From Candidatus Latescibacterota bacterium (GTDB taxonomy: Bacteria; Latescibacterota; UBA2968; UBA8231): a stretch of DNA of 64,000 nucleotides. The notes under the pieces were generated by a model. That model did not search any database. It was not told where the DNA came from and saw only the letters and a program-made list of their open reading frames with translations. A program made the position numbers and the translations under genes. Of the stretch, positions 33,358 through 43,018 are shown one piece after another (within the stretch, counting starts at the first letter, position 1; the number at the start of each line of letters is the position of its first letter). The stretch spans positions 1,120,001 through 1,184,000 of the forward strand of contig CBDCXV010000001.1 of the NCBI GenBank assembly GCA_965223905.1, written 5' to 3'.

Positions 33358-33362
33358 TCCCT

Positions 33363-34058
33363 GTGGCCCGCCCCGTCATCGGCATCACCGCCTCCTTCGA
33401 CCGCGAGTCCGCGGCGCAGCAGGTCGACCAGCGCTACGTCGATGCCGTGGTCAGGGCCGGAGGGGCCCCGGTGCTGCTGCCGGCCGCCCCGGAGGAGGCG
33501 TTGCTGCCCGCGGTCGCCGCTCTCGACGGACTCGTCATCACCGGGGGCAACGGGGTCGTGGACGGGCTCACCGGAAAGCTGCCGGAGGACCTTCCCGAGG
33601 AATCCCCCGAGCGCACCCGGCGGGACCACCGGGCGCTGGAGGTTTTCCTGGCGACGGAGCGGCCTGTGCTCGGCATCTGTTTCGGCATGCAGCTGATCAA
33701 CGCCCATCTCGGCGGCACCATCTGCGGCGACGCGGAAAGGGAGCTGCAGGCGCGGCCGCACTCGCCGAAACGGACCCAGGGGCAGCCGGTCGAGCACCCG
33801 ATCGATGTGCAGCCGGGAACCCACCTGCAGGAGCTGTGCGGGGGCGAGGAGAGTCCGCTGGTGAACAGCTTCCACATTCAGGCGCTCGCCGAGGTGGGTG
33901 CGGGACTGCGGGTGAGCTCGCGAAGCCCGGACGGGCTGATCGAGTCGATCGAGACAGCGGACGGCCGCGTCATAGGAGTCCAGTTCCACCCGGAGCGGAT
34001 GGAGGGCCGCCTGGCGGACAACCTGCTGGCGAACCTGGTCAGTAGCGCCGGGGCCTGA
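33363..34058 (+). CDS. Peptidase C26 / gamma-glutamyl-GABA hydrolase family
   Basis: RPVIGIT, GICFGMQ, VNSFH, GVQFHPE. Confidence 0.9.
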   Translation: MARPVIGITASFDRESAAQQVDQRYVDAVVRAGGAPVLLPAAPEEALLPAVAALDGLVITGGNGVVDGLTGKLPEDLPEESPERTRRDHRALEVFLATERPVLGICFGMQLINAHLGGTICGDAERELQARPHSPKRTQGQPVEHPIDVQPGTHLQELCGGEESPLVNSFHIQALAEVGAGLRVSSRSPDGLIESIETADGRVIGVQFHPERMEGRLADNLLANLVSSAGA

Positions 34059-34064
34059 CTCTCT

Positions 34065-34261
34065 CAGCCCGTTGAAAAGTCCATCCGGGCTGCGGCCTGC
34101 CCAGGCGGTCGCTAACCTTTCGGGTCGGAACGCTCGCAAGAGCGTTCCGTAAACGGCGTTGCGCTCCCTCCCCGAATCCCCTGCGATTCGACTGGTCGCG
34201 CGCCTTGTCTTCGACCTCCCTGACTCAGCCTCGCCTGCAGAGCAACTTTATCAACGGGCTG
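34065..34261. mobile_element. MITE-like non-autonomous element
   Basis: Terminal IRs CAGCCCGTTGAAAAGT / ACTTTATCAACGGGCTG; internal hairpin; no transposase. Confidence 0.65.
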
Positions 34262-34954
34262 TCATCTGCCGAACCAGACCCGCTCGCTGTCGACCTGCAC
34301 GAGGCGGCGCTCCTCCAGCAGCCAGGCGCTGAGCCGGCCACCGTACACGCAGCCGGTGTCGAGACCGAGCAGGCAGGGCTGATCGCCTGTCGCTTCCGAT
34401 TCCCCTTTGCGATACACGCGCACCAGGCCGCCCGGGGCGTCGTGGCCGAAGACGATGGTGCCGGCCGGAGGCTCGATCCGTTCGTGCCAGCGGGTCCCGC
34501 CGACCCCCGGGCCGGGGGGCCACAGGCGGATGGAGAGGAACTGCTCCCTCGTGGTGCGGGCGAGCCCCCCTTCCGGGTCGATGCCGGCGTGGACGAGGAG
34601 GAACCGGTCCCCCTCGATCCGGAGCGGGACCTCCTGCAGCCAGGGGAGCAGCTCGTCTGCGACCGGAAGGAGTTGCTCCACCGTCGTCCGGTGATCCGGC
34701 TTGCGATACTCGACGTCCTGTCCCTGCGCCAGCGTGCCGAGATGCCGCAGCAGCCGGTCGTCGTGGTTGCCGAGGACCATCTCCGCCCCGGTCTCGCCGA
34801 TGGTCCGCCACACCCCGGCCGGGTCGGGGCCGCGGCCGAAGGCGTCGCCGGTCAGCAGCAGGCGGTCGCTGGCCGCGTCGAAATCGATCTCGCGCAGCAG
34901 GCGGCGCAGCTCGCGGTTGCATCCGTGGACGTCGCCGACGAAAACGGTTCTCAT
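34262..34954 (-). CDS. Metallophosphoesterase (ApaH/PPP-like)
   Basis: GDVHG, GDAFGRGP, GNHD, VHAG, FGHD, LDTGCVYG. Confidence 0.92.
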   Translation of the reverse strand: MRTVFVGDVHGCNRELRRLLREIDFDAASDRLLLTGDAFGRGPDPAGVWRTIGETGAEMVLGNHDDRLLRHLGTLAQGQDVEYRKPDHRTTVEQLLPVADELLPWLQEVPLRIEGDRFLLVHAGIDPEGGLARTTREQFLSIRLWPPGPGVGGTRWHERIEPPAGTIVFGHDAPGGLVRVYRKGESEATGDQPCLLGLDTGCVYGGRLSAWLLEERRLVQVDSERVWFGR

Positions 34955-35314
34955 GGGGAATCGGGATCAGATTGGGGAGCTCGGGAGGCGGGTCCCGGGG
35001 TCGAGAGAATCATCAGCACGTAACCCGGAACAAGGGCCAGCTCGTTCAGGCGCCTTGCGAGCCGGGTGCCCCGGCGGTCCAGTTTTTCCAATCCACCTCC
35101 GGACAGGACCAAGGTTGGGCGGAGGCACTGCCCAGGATGTGGGAATCGGGATGACGGGTCCTTGCGGGGCCGCAGGAGGTCTGCCCGCGTTCAGCAGTCG
35201 CAAGGACAGGCGATCCACGCTGCGGACTCTTCAGGCCGATCCCCTGTTGCTGCACCGGTTTGGCTGCCGTATCGTACGCGCCGCCGCTGTTCCCCCGAAC
35301 CGGCCCTCCAACGA

Positions 35315-36646
35315 ATGACACAAGCCCCGTCCTCCACGCCGCCCGCCGCCAGCCACGTGATGGCCAAGCCGTCCGGCTCGGTCTGCAATATCGACTGCAC
35401 GTACTGCTTCTATCTCGAGAAGGAGAAGCTGTATCCGCAGGCGCGCAAGAACTGGCGCATGGGCGACGAGGTGCTCGAGCTCTACGTCAAGCAGTACATC
35501 GAGGCCCAGGACGTGCCCGCAGTGAACTTCGCCTGGCAGGGTGGGGAGCCGACCCTGCTGGGGGTCGACTTCTACCGCCGCGCCGTGGAGCTGCAGAAGC
35601 GCTACGCAAACGGCAAGACGATCACCAACGCCTTCCAGACCAACGGCATCCTGCTCGACGACGAGTGGGGGGAGTTCCTCGCGCAGGAGGATTTCCTGAT
35701 CGGGCTCTCCATCGACGGCCCGCGCGAGATGCACGACCGCTACCGGGTCGACAAGGGGCAGAAGCCGACCTTCGACCGGGTTATGGCGGGCCTCGAGGTG
35801 CTCAAGAAGCACAAGGTCGAGTACAACACCCTGACGGTGCTGCAGAACCACAACGCCGATCACCCCCTGACCGTGTACCGCTTCCTCAAGGAGATCGGCA
35901 GCGGCTTCATGCAGTTCATCCCGATAGTCGAGCGCGCCGCCGAGGCCCCGGCCGAAGACGAGCTGACCCTGATCGACCCGGCCTTCGAGGGCAAGGCGCA
36001 GGTGACGAAATGGTCGGTCGGCTCGGCGCAGTACGGCAGGTTCCTGTGCGCCGTGTTCGACGAATGGGTGCGCCGGGACGTCGGGCGGTTTTTCGTGCAG
36101 ATCTTCGACGTGTCTCTCGGATCCTGGCTCGGCCAGGACGCCAGCCTCTGCATCTTCGCCGAGACCTGCGGCAACGCCCTGATCATCGAGCACAACGGCG
36201 ATCTCTACTCGTGCGACCACTTCGTCTACCCGGAGTACAACCTCGGCAACGTGCGCGACTACTCGATTCGGGACATGGTCGCCGGGACGCAGCAGCGCAA
36301 GTTCGGGACCGACAAGCGGGACACCCTGCCGCAGTACTGCCGCGAGTGCGAGTTCCGCTTCGCCTGCAACGGCGGCTGCCCCAAGCACCGCTTCACGCGG
36401 ACCCCTGACGGCGAGCCGGGTCTCAACTACCTGTGCAAGGGGTACAAGATCTACTTCGCCCACGTGGCGCCGTACATGGAGTTCATGGCGCGGGAGCTGC
36501 AGCGCGGGCGTCCCGCGGCCAACGTCATGGAGTGGGCGCGCGAGCGCGACCGGCGCAAGGCCGAGGACTCCGTGCGCCCTCCCGGCCGCAACGACCCCTG
36601 CTCTTGCGGCAGCGGCCGCAAGTACAAGCGCTGCTGCGGCGCCTGA
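35315..36646 (+). CDS. Anaerobic sulfatase maturase (radical SAM/SPASM) with SEC-C motif
   Basis: CNIDCTYC, WQGGEP, YSCDHFV, GRNDPCSCGSGRKYKRCC. Confidence 0.95.
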   Translation: MTQAPSSTPPAASHVMAKPSGSVCNIDCTYCFYLEKEKLYPQARKNWRMGDEVLELYVKQYIEAQDVPAVNFAWQGGEPTLLGVDFYRRAVELQKRYANGKTITNAFQTNGILLDDEWGEFLAQEDFLIGLSIDGPREMHDRYRVDKGQKPTFDRVMAGLEVLKKHKVEYNTLTVLQNHNADHPLTVYRFLKEIGSGFMQFIPIVERAAEAPAEDELTLIDPAFEGKAQVTKWSVGSAQYGRFLCAVFDEWVRRDVGRFFVQIFDVSLGSWLGQDASLCIFAETCGNALIIEHNGDLYSCDHFVYPEYNLGNVRDYSIRDMVAGTQQRKFGTDKRDTLPQYCRECEFRFACNGGCPKHRFTRTPDGEPGLNYLCKGYKIYFAHVAPYMEFMARELQRGRPAANVMEWARERDRRKAEDSVRPPGRNDPCSCGSGRKYKRCCGA

Positions 36647-36703
36647 AAACCGCTGTCCACCGCGCCAAGGATTAATCCCGAAAACCAACCGAACCGAGGT
36701 GCC

Positions 36704-37612
36704 ATGATCGAAATCCAGCTCCTGCCGGAGGAATGCAAGGCCGCCGTCACCATCGACGGCACGCTGTTCACCGAGTACCGCTACGGCCACTACCTCTGCC
36801 GGCCCTACCTCTACCCGGTCCTGACTCCTGGAGGGCAGCGGCTGACGCGCGGCTTCCCGGCGGAGCCGGTCGAGGGGGAAAACGACGACCATTACCACCA
36901 CCGCAGCATCTACGTCGCTCACGGCCTGGTAAACGGCCACAACCTCTGGGACGAGGGGGTCGGCCACGGGGCCATGCTGCAACGGGGCGAGCCGGTGACC
37001 GGCGTCGTCGAAGACGTGGCGACCATCGACGGCATCGTCGACTGGTTCGGACCCAACGGGGAGAAGCTCCTCGAGGAGCGGCGGAGCCTCTGGCTCTGCG
37101 GCAAAGGGGATCTGCGCGTCCTCGATCTGCGCAGCGAGTACCGCGCCGTGCACGGCGACGTCACCTTCGGCGACACCAAGGAGGGGGGCCTGTTCTCGAT
37201 CCGCGTGCCGACCTCGATGGACGCCAAGGAGAAGGGCCGCATCGAGAATTCGGAAGGGGACGTCTTCGACAGCGGGGAGGGGGAGGAGACCACCTGGGGG
37301 AAGCGGGCCGCCTGGGTCGACTACTCGGGACCGCTGGCCGACGGGGAGGAGTGGGGGCACACCGTCGTCGACCACCGGAACAACCCGCGCCACCCGACCT
37401 ACTGGCACGTGCGCGGCTACGGGCTGTTCACCGCCAATCCCTTCGGCGCCCACGACTTCAAACGGGACGAGAGCGTCGACGAGAGTCTGACGATCCCCGC
37501 GGGCGGCAGGGAGATCTTCTCCTATCGCCTGATCATCCACCCGGGCAGGGGGATGGCGGCCCATCCCCAGGTCGCCGGGCTGATCGACCGGTTCCAGGAA
37601 ACCGAAGGGTAG
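36704..37612 (+). CDS. PmoA/DUF6807 family protein
   Basis: PYLYPV, DHYHHRS, FGDTKEG, WHVRGYGLFTANPFG. Confidence 0.8.
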   Translation: MIEIQLLPEECKAAVTIDGTLFTEYRYGHYLCRPYLYPVLTPGGQRLTRGFPAEPVEGENDDHYHHRSIYVAHGLVNGHNLWDEGVGHGAMLQRGEPVTGVVEDVATIDGIVDWFGPNGEKLLEERRSLWLCGKGDLRVLDLRSEYRAVHGDVTFGDTKEGGLFSIRVPTSMDAKEKGRIENSEGDVFDSGEGEETTWGKRAAWVDYSGPLADGEEWGHTVVDHRNNPRHPTYWHVRGYGLFTANPFGAHDFKRDESVDESLTIPAGGREIFSYRLIIHPGRGMAAHPQVAGLIDRFQETEG

Positions 37613-37620
37613 CGAGCGCG

Positions 37621-37729
37621 GCGGCAGGGGCGACAGCCCCGGAACCGACGGCCCGGGCTGCGGCAGGGCGGGCGGCCCCGGAATCGAGAGCCCGGGCGGC
37701 AGGGTGGGCGGTCCCGGAATCGACGATCC
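37621..37729. repeat. Three degenerate 36-39 bp tandem repeats
   Basis: GCGGCAGGG...CCCGGAA(C/T)CGA units starting at 37621, 37660 and 37696. Confidence 0.65.
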
Positions 37730-37882
37730 TGATGGGAGCGGGTCGCGCGGGCGGGGAATCCGCGGGTCTGCCAGCCGCGGAGCCGGACCTGGCGTAGCGC
37801 CCCAAGCCTCCGGGAATCTCCGGCGCTGCCGAACACAGAAACGCCTCCAGGCAGAAGCACCTCAAAGCAGAAGCCCTCCAGA

Positions 37883-38473
37883 ATGCAAACAGACGCGCTG
37901 GCCGCGCAGATCGACTTCATCATCGAAGCCGACAAGCTCAAGCAGGTCCTGCGCCAGACCCTGCTTCCCGCCGACCGCCGGCAGGAAAACGACGCCGAGC
38001 ACTCCTGGCACCTGGCCATGATGGCCTGCCTGCTCGCCGAACACGCCGCCGCGGAGATCGACCTGCTGCGCGCCGTCAGGATGCTGCTCTTTCACGACGT
38101 GGTCGAAATCGACGCCGGCGACACCTTCGCCTACGACACCCGGGGCAACGAGGACCGGGTCGAGAGGGAGCGCGCCGCTGCCGCGCGCCTGTTCGGGATG
38201 CTGCCGCCGGGGCAGGCCGCGGAGTACCGCTCGCTGTGGGAGGAGTTCGAGGAGAGGAAGACGCCGGAGGCGAAGTTCGCCGCGGCCATGGACCGCTTTC
38301 AGCCGATCCTGCTGAACTACTGCGCCGGCGGGGAGACTTGGAGGCGCCACGGAGTGAGGCGGGACGAGGTGGTGGCGCGCAACCGACACATCGCCGAGGG
38401 CGCCCCCGCGCTATGGAAGGCGGCCGAGCGGCTTATCGCAAAGGCGGTGGCCGAGGGCAAGATCGAGGACTGA
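37883..38473 (+). CDS. HD domain phosphohydrolase
   Basis: ENDAEHSWHLA, HDVVEIDAGD, DRFQP. Confidence 0.92.
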   Translation: MQTDALAAQIDFIIEADKLKQVLRQTLLPADRRQENDAEHSWHLAMMACLLAEHAAAEIDLLRAVRMLLFHDVVEIDAGDTFAYDTRGNEDRVERERAAAARLFGMLPPGQAAEYRSLWEEFEERKTPEAKFAAAMDRFQPILLNYCAGGETWRRHGVRRDEVVARNRHIAEGAPALWKAAERLIAKAVAEGKIED

Positions 38474-38650
38474 TACCGGACCAGTGCCTGTGCGCGTAAG
38501 TAACGAGGGCGAGGATCAACCGTCCTTTCGCCGAAGCGCCCGACTCGCAAGGCGCCTGAGCGAGTCCTACCGGGGTGCAGCGGCGGCCGTATTCACGCGG
38601 AATTGCGCGCAGGCGCTGGCATCGACCCGGTCCGGCCCCGGAATTGCAGG

Positions 38651-39982
38651 CTATCCCGATTTGCCGGCTTCCGCCGCGTATCGATCCAGCTGCCAGCGCT
38701 CCGCCCGGACCGCGTCGAGCCGCACCCTGACCCGCACCTCCTCGGAATCGTAGCTGCGTTCCAGGATCTCCCCTTGGTCGAACAGCTGCGACAGAAGCCG
38801 CCCCTCCCGCTGCGGGATCCGCAGGTCGAGGGTGACCTCCCGCTCCTCGCAGTAGAAGCGGATCTTCTCCTTCAGGAGGTCGAGTCCGGCGCCGCTGAGC
38901 GCCGATACCCCGACCTTGCCGGCCTGCGACAGCAGCGAGCGGGCGTAGAGGCCCCCCTCCTCCTCCATCCGGTCGAGCTTGTTGTGCACCTCGATCACCG
39001 GTTTGTCCGCGGCGCCCAGCGTCGACAGGACTTCGGCGACCGTGGCGGCGTGCGCCCCCCAGTGGGGGTGGCTGGCGTCGAGGACGTGCAGCAAAAGGTC
39101 GGCCTGCGCCGCCTCCTCGAGCGTGGCCCGGAAGGAGGCGACGAGGTGATGCGGCAGGCGCCTGATGAAGCCGACCGTGTCGGTCAGCAGGATCTTCCGG
39201 TTGCCCTCGAGCTCGACGGAGCGCGTCGTCGAGTCCAGGGTGGCGAAGAGCTGGTCCTCCACGAGCACGTCGGCCCCCGAGAGCGCCCTCATCAACGTCG
39301 ACTTGCCGGCGTTGGTGTAGCCGACCAGGGCCACCCGGAACTCCTCGCGACGGCCCCTGCGGCTGGTCTCCAGCTGGTTGCCGATGCGGTCCAGCTCGCG
39401 GGTCAGCGCCCCAATGCGGCGGCGGATCATGCGGCGGTCGGTCTCCAGCTGCGTTTCCCCCGGACCGCGCACCCCGGCAGCTCCCATGCCGCGGATGGCG
39501 CCGCCGCCGGCCTGCCGGGACAGGTGGCTCCACTGGCGCGTCAGGCGCGGCATCAGGTAGTTGAGCTGGGCGACCTCGACCTGGACCTGGGAGGTCCGCG
39601 TGCGCGCGTGGCGTGAGAAGATGTCGAGGATGATGGCGCTGCGGTCGAGGATCCGCAGGTCGGTGAGGTTCTCGAGGTTGCGCATCTGCGCCGGGGTGAG
39701 ATCGCAGTCGAAGACGATCATTCCGGCACCGGCGGCAGCGGCCCTTGATTTGAGCTCTTCCGCCTTGCCCTTGCCTATGTAGTAGCGGGGCTCGACGCGC
39801 GGGCGCGCCTGGGTGATGCGGCCGGCCACCTTGATCGTTGCGGTCGTGACCAGGCGGGAAAGCTCGTCGAGCGAGTCCTCGGTTTCCCCGCGCGGGGTGT
39901 CGGGCAGCGAGAGACCGACGAGGAGGGCGGACTCGGGCGAATGCCGAGCGGACTCTTCATGCTGTCGAGATGTCGCTTCCAG
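38651..39982 (-). CDS. hflX: GTPase HflX
   Basis: GPGETQLE, GYTNAGKS, LFATLD, DTVGF; start uncertain (CTG at 39982 behind AAGGAG). Confidence 0.93.
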   Translation of the reverse strand: MEATSRQHEESARHSPESALLVGLSLPDTPRGETEDSLDELSRLVTTATIKVAGRITQARPRVEPRYYIGKGKAEELKSRAAAAGAGMIVFDCDLTPAQMRNLENLTDLRILDRSAIILDIFSRHARTRTSQVQVEVAQLNYLMPRLTRQWSHLSRQAGGGAIRGMGAAGVRGPGETQLETDRRMIRRRIGALTRELDRIGNQLETSRRGRREEFRVALVGYTNAGKSTLMRALSGADVLVEDQLFATLDSTTRSVELEGNRKILLTDTVGFIRRLPHHLVASFRATLEEAAQADLLLHVLDASHPHWGAHAATVAEVLSTLGAADKPVIEVHNKLDRMEEEGGLYARSLLSQAGKVGVSALSGAGLDLLKEKIRFYCEEREVTLDLRIPQREGRLLSQLFDQGEILERSYDSEEVRVRVRLDAVRAERWQLDRYAAEAGKSG

Positions 39983-40952
39983 GGGCGTCTCCTTCGAGGT
40001 TTCGCGGAATTGTAGAAGGTTGAATGCAACCAAGTCAACCGGAAATCTCAGGGGTGGGGAAATTCCAGAGGTAGCCGATTCCATCGGCCTGGACGGGTAT
40101 CGGGATGGCTTGGGCTCTGAAATTGGGGCGTGGAATTGACCACGTGATGGGGCCGGGTAGTGGGGCGGCACTATCCAGGAATGTCAACCCGTGCCTCGCC
40201 AAGGGAGCTTGGTAAGGCGAGCCCGGGATCCGGTGACGGCATTGTGCCAGGATCGAGCCTGGGCTTTCCCCCCATCTCTTGACCCTCCAAAATAAGACCC
40301 TTTATTTGCCCAATCTGACTCCTTGAATGGATCGAGGGGGCTAAGCCATGTTGACCAACGTCCCGCCCCCTGAAGCTCGCTATTTCGATATTGGAGGATA
40401 TACCCATGGCAGAATTCCTCACCACAACCGGCATTTCATTCCGCCTTGAAGGAATCATCAAGAGCGCCACTGAGCGTCTTGTGATCATCAGCCCGTTTCT
40501 CAAAGTAAACGAGCGTATCAAGGAACTCCTTGAGGACAAGGGCCGCTTGAAAATCGATATTCGTGTAATTTATGGAAAAAACGAGCTACAGCCGGGAAGA
40601 AAACAACTGGCTCGAATCGATGACTTCGATAAGGACAAGCTTTTGCAAAAATCTTCACGCGAATGTTATTTGAATGAGAATGAAGCGCTCCTTACCTCGA
40701 TGAACCTTTATGAATTTTCCCAGCAGAACAACAACGAAATGGGTATAATCGTATCTCGTGAAATAGAACCCGAACTCTACAACCAGATTTGGGAAGAATC
40801 GAAGCGGATCGTGAGGTTAAGTGAAGAGATTCGGGTGACAGTCGCAAGGGTTGAAGCAACCGAAGACGACAAAGGGCATTCGGATGCGCTAAAGTCTCGC
40901 AGAAAAACCCGCCCGATTCTGCAGAAGCCGGAGAATGGGTTCTGTATTCGGT

Positions 40953-42527
40953 GGGCGTCTTAAGTAATTGTTATAGCGCAATTCAGGTGCGTATGTGTAT
41001 ATTTTACAGTAAGTTGCTTTCTTTTTCCGCATCCCCTGCGGCGCGCTCCCCTGATTTCAGAAAGAAGGGGAGCGATGAGTGCGATTCTCTCTCTGGAAGT
41101 TTTTCAGGAGCGGCAGAGTCAGGACCGCTTTCGAAGCCGGGCGCATGAAGCCTTGGACCAATGGCTGGATCGGGTGGAGACGCAAATGAGCGAGCGCGGA
41201 TCTTGTGCGCCGACGTTGATGGAGATCACCGCGGCGATGTCTCAAGAGCGCTCCGGGCTCACCGCGGCCTTGGTGGAAGCCTTCGTCGAACGCCGCCACG
41301 GCCATTTCCTGGCCCAGGAAGAGGCGGCCTGCCCCAAGTGCAAAGGCCTGCTGCGAGCGCGCCCGTCTCGCTCGCGCACGGTGGAGACGCTGCTCGGGCC
41401 GGTGACCTTGGAGCGTCCCTATTTCTACTGCGTTGGCTGTCACCACGGGTTCTATCCGCTGGACGAGGCCCTGGGCCTGTCGGCGCAGCGCAAGCAGTGG
41501 GACGTGCAGCAGGCCGGGGTCAAGCTGGGGCTGGAGATGCCCCACCGGCGCGCCGCCGAACTGTTGGACGAGCTCACCGACGCGTCGATGAGCGATTGTG
41601 TGATTCACGAGGTGCTGCAACAGACCGGGTCGTTGGACGTGCTGCAGGTGTGTCCGGACGCGGCCGATATCCAGGATCGCATTGCGCAAGCCGCCGCCGG
41701 TCGCAAGTGGCGGCCGATCGTGGTGTTGGCCATCGACGCGGCCGACGTGCCCAGTCGTCCCCAGACCGCCAAAGGCACCCGTCCCGGACGCAAGAAGAGC
41801 CGGGCTCGGCGAAGGCGTTGGCAGGGGGAATACCACGAAGCCAAGGGCTTTCGCTTCTACCTGATAGACGATGAGCGCATCGAGCAGCTGATCTCCTGGC
41901 ACCAGATGGGCAACGAACAGGCCTTCGGCGCGGCCTTGCGCCAGGTCAAGGAGGCGGGGCTGATCCCGGAGGATCAGGTGCGCTTGTGTGCCATCGGAGA
42001 TGGCGCTCCGTGGATCTGGAAGTGGGTGGAAGAGCTGTTCCCGAGCGCCCGTCAGATCCTCGACTACTACCATTGCAGCAGCTACCTGCACGCGGTGGCC
42101 GAGGCCCAATACGGCGCCGATGCGGCGCGTGCTGCCCATTGGCTGGAAGCGACCCTGGCGCGCCTGTTCTGCGGCGAGGGCAGCGGCGTGGTCTGGGGTC
42201 TGCAGCGCATGCAGCCGCTCTCGGAAGAGGCCGGAGAGGCCATCGGCACGGCCTTGACCTACCTGCAAAAGCGACTGCACCAGGTCGATTTCGGCAGCCA
42301 TCGCAAGGGCGGATACCCGATCGGGTCGGGGGCGATCGAATCGGCGCATCGCTTCATCGGCCACGTTCGTCTGAAACGGTCGGGCGCTTGGTGGTATAAG
42401 GAAAACAGCAACGCCATTCTGGCCCTGCGCTGCGCCTTGTACAATGGAACGCTTGACCGGGTCTTTCAGCAGTACCGAGAAAACCTAAAAACAACCACCG
42501 AAACCGTAACAATCAGCTAAGACACCC
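40953..42527 (+). mobile_element. IS element, probably ISKra4 family (1575 bp)
   Basis: IRs GGGCGTCTTAAGTAATTGTTA / TAACAATCAGCTAAGACACCC; 8-bp TSD TATTCGGT at 40945-40952 and 42528-42535. Confidence 0.9.
41075..42520 (+). CDS. ISKra4-type DDE transposase
   Basis: CPKC/YCVGC, GDGAPWIW, LDYYH, IGSGAIES, RLKRSGAWW. Confidence 0.9.
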   Translation: MSAILSLEVFQERQSQDRFRSRAHEALDQWLDRVETQMSERGSCAPTLMEITAAMSQERSGLTAALVEAFVERRHGHFLAQEEAACPKCKGLLRARPSRSRTVETLLGPVTLERPYFYCVGCHHGFYPLDEALGLSAQRKQWDVQQAGVKLGLEMPHRRAAELLDELTDASMSDCVIHEVLQQTGSLDVLQVCPDAADIQDRIAQAAAGRKWRPIVVLAIDAADVPSRPQTAKGTRPGRKKSRARRRRWQGEYHEAKGFRFYLIDDERIEQLISWHQMGNEQAFGAALRQVKEAGLIPEDQVRLCAIGDGAPWIWKWVEELFPSARQILDYYHCSSYLHAVAEAQYGADAARAAHWLEATLARLFCGEGSGVVWGLQRMQPLSEEAGEAIGTALTYLQKRLHQVDFGSHRKGGYPIGSGAIESAHRFIGHVRLKRSGAWWYKENSNAILALRCALYNGTLDRVFQQYRENLKTTTETVTIS

Positions 42528-43018
42528 TATTCGGTGCAAAGTCTCCATACCGGCTAATCCTGCTCAGCCGTACTGTAAACGCTGCTACACGAGTTGGAAA
42601 CGGTACGAGAACGAAGAGTACGAGGAAAACCATTGCCATCTGTGCGGAATCGAATATGAGGGGACTTTGCTCAAGCCTGTGTGTCGTGGCTGCTACAAAA
42701 AACATAAGGACGCTTTTGAGTTCGCAGTCAGCTAGCCCCCATTTCAGAAACAATCAAACCGCAAGGTATCGATGCCCTGAAAACACCTACTGGGAGTTGT
42801 ATGTCTTTACTGCGGGAAGATTTCCAGGAATGGAAAAGTGTATTTCTTCCATAATGAATGCGTTCACTGGCAGATGAGTCGAGAGAATTTCGATACCATC
42901 TCACTTTCATCAAGTCCGATTCGCCACGAAGGTTCCTTCGACTGTCCGAGGCTGATGTCGCTGACCTGCCAGCCCATCGCAGTTGCTCTTTTTGTTGGGT
43001 CCCCCAGCGTTTCCGGCC

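Larger units (their letters stand above)
40406..42735 (+). pseudogene. PLD-family nuclease domain plus C-terminal 4xCxxC Zn ribbon, interrupted by an IS
   Basis: IISPFLK ... TSMNLYEFS ... NNEMG; frame resumes after the IS as CIRC..YCKRC..HCHLC..VCRGC, stop at 42735. Confidence 0.8.

Noticed and set aside
30573-33362. Upstream part of the 1161-aa ORF
   Set aside because: High-GC shadow over mutM, VOC and DUF5069 genes; only 33363-34058 is a recognisable protein.
36704-37612. Methane monooxygenase
   Set aside because: The PmoA family label does not imply pMMO; the protein is soluble and there are no pmoB/pmoC genes.
42736-43018. Low-GC stretch that might be a gene remnant
   Set aside because: No convincing protein motif in any frame.
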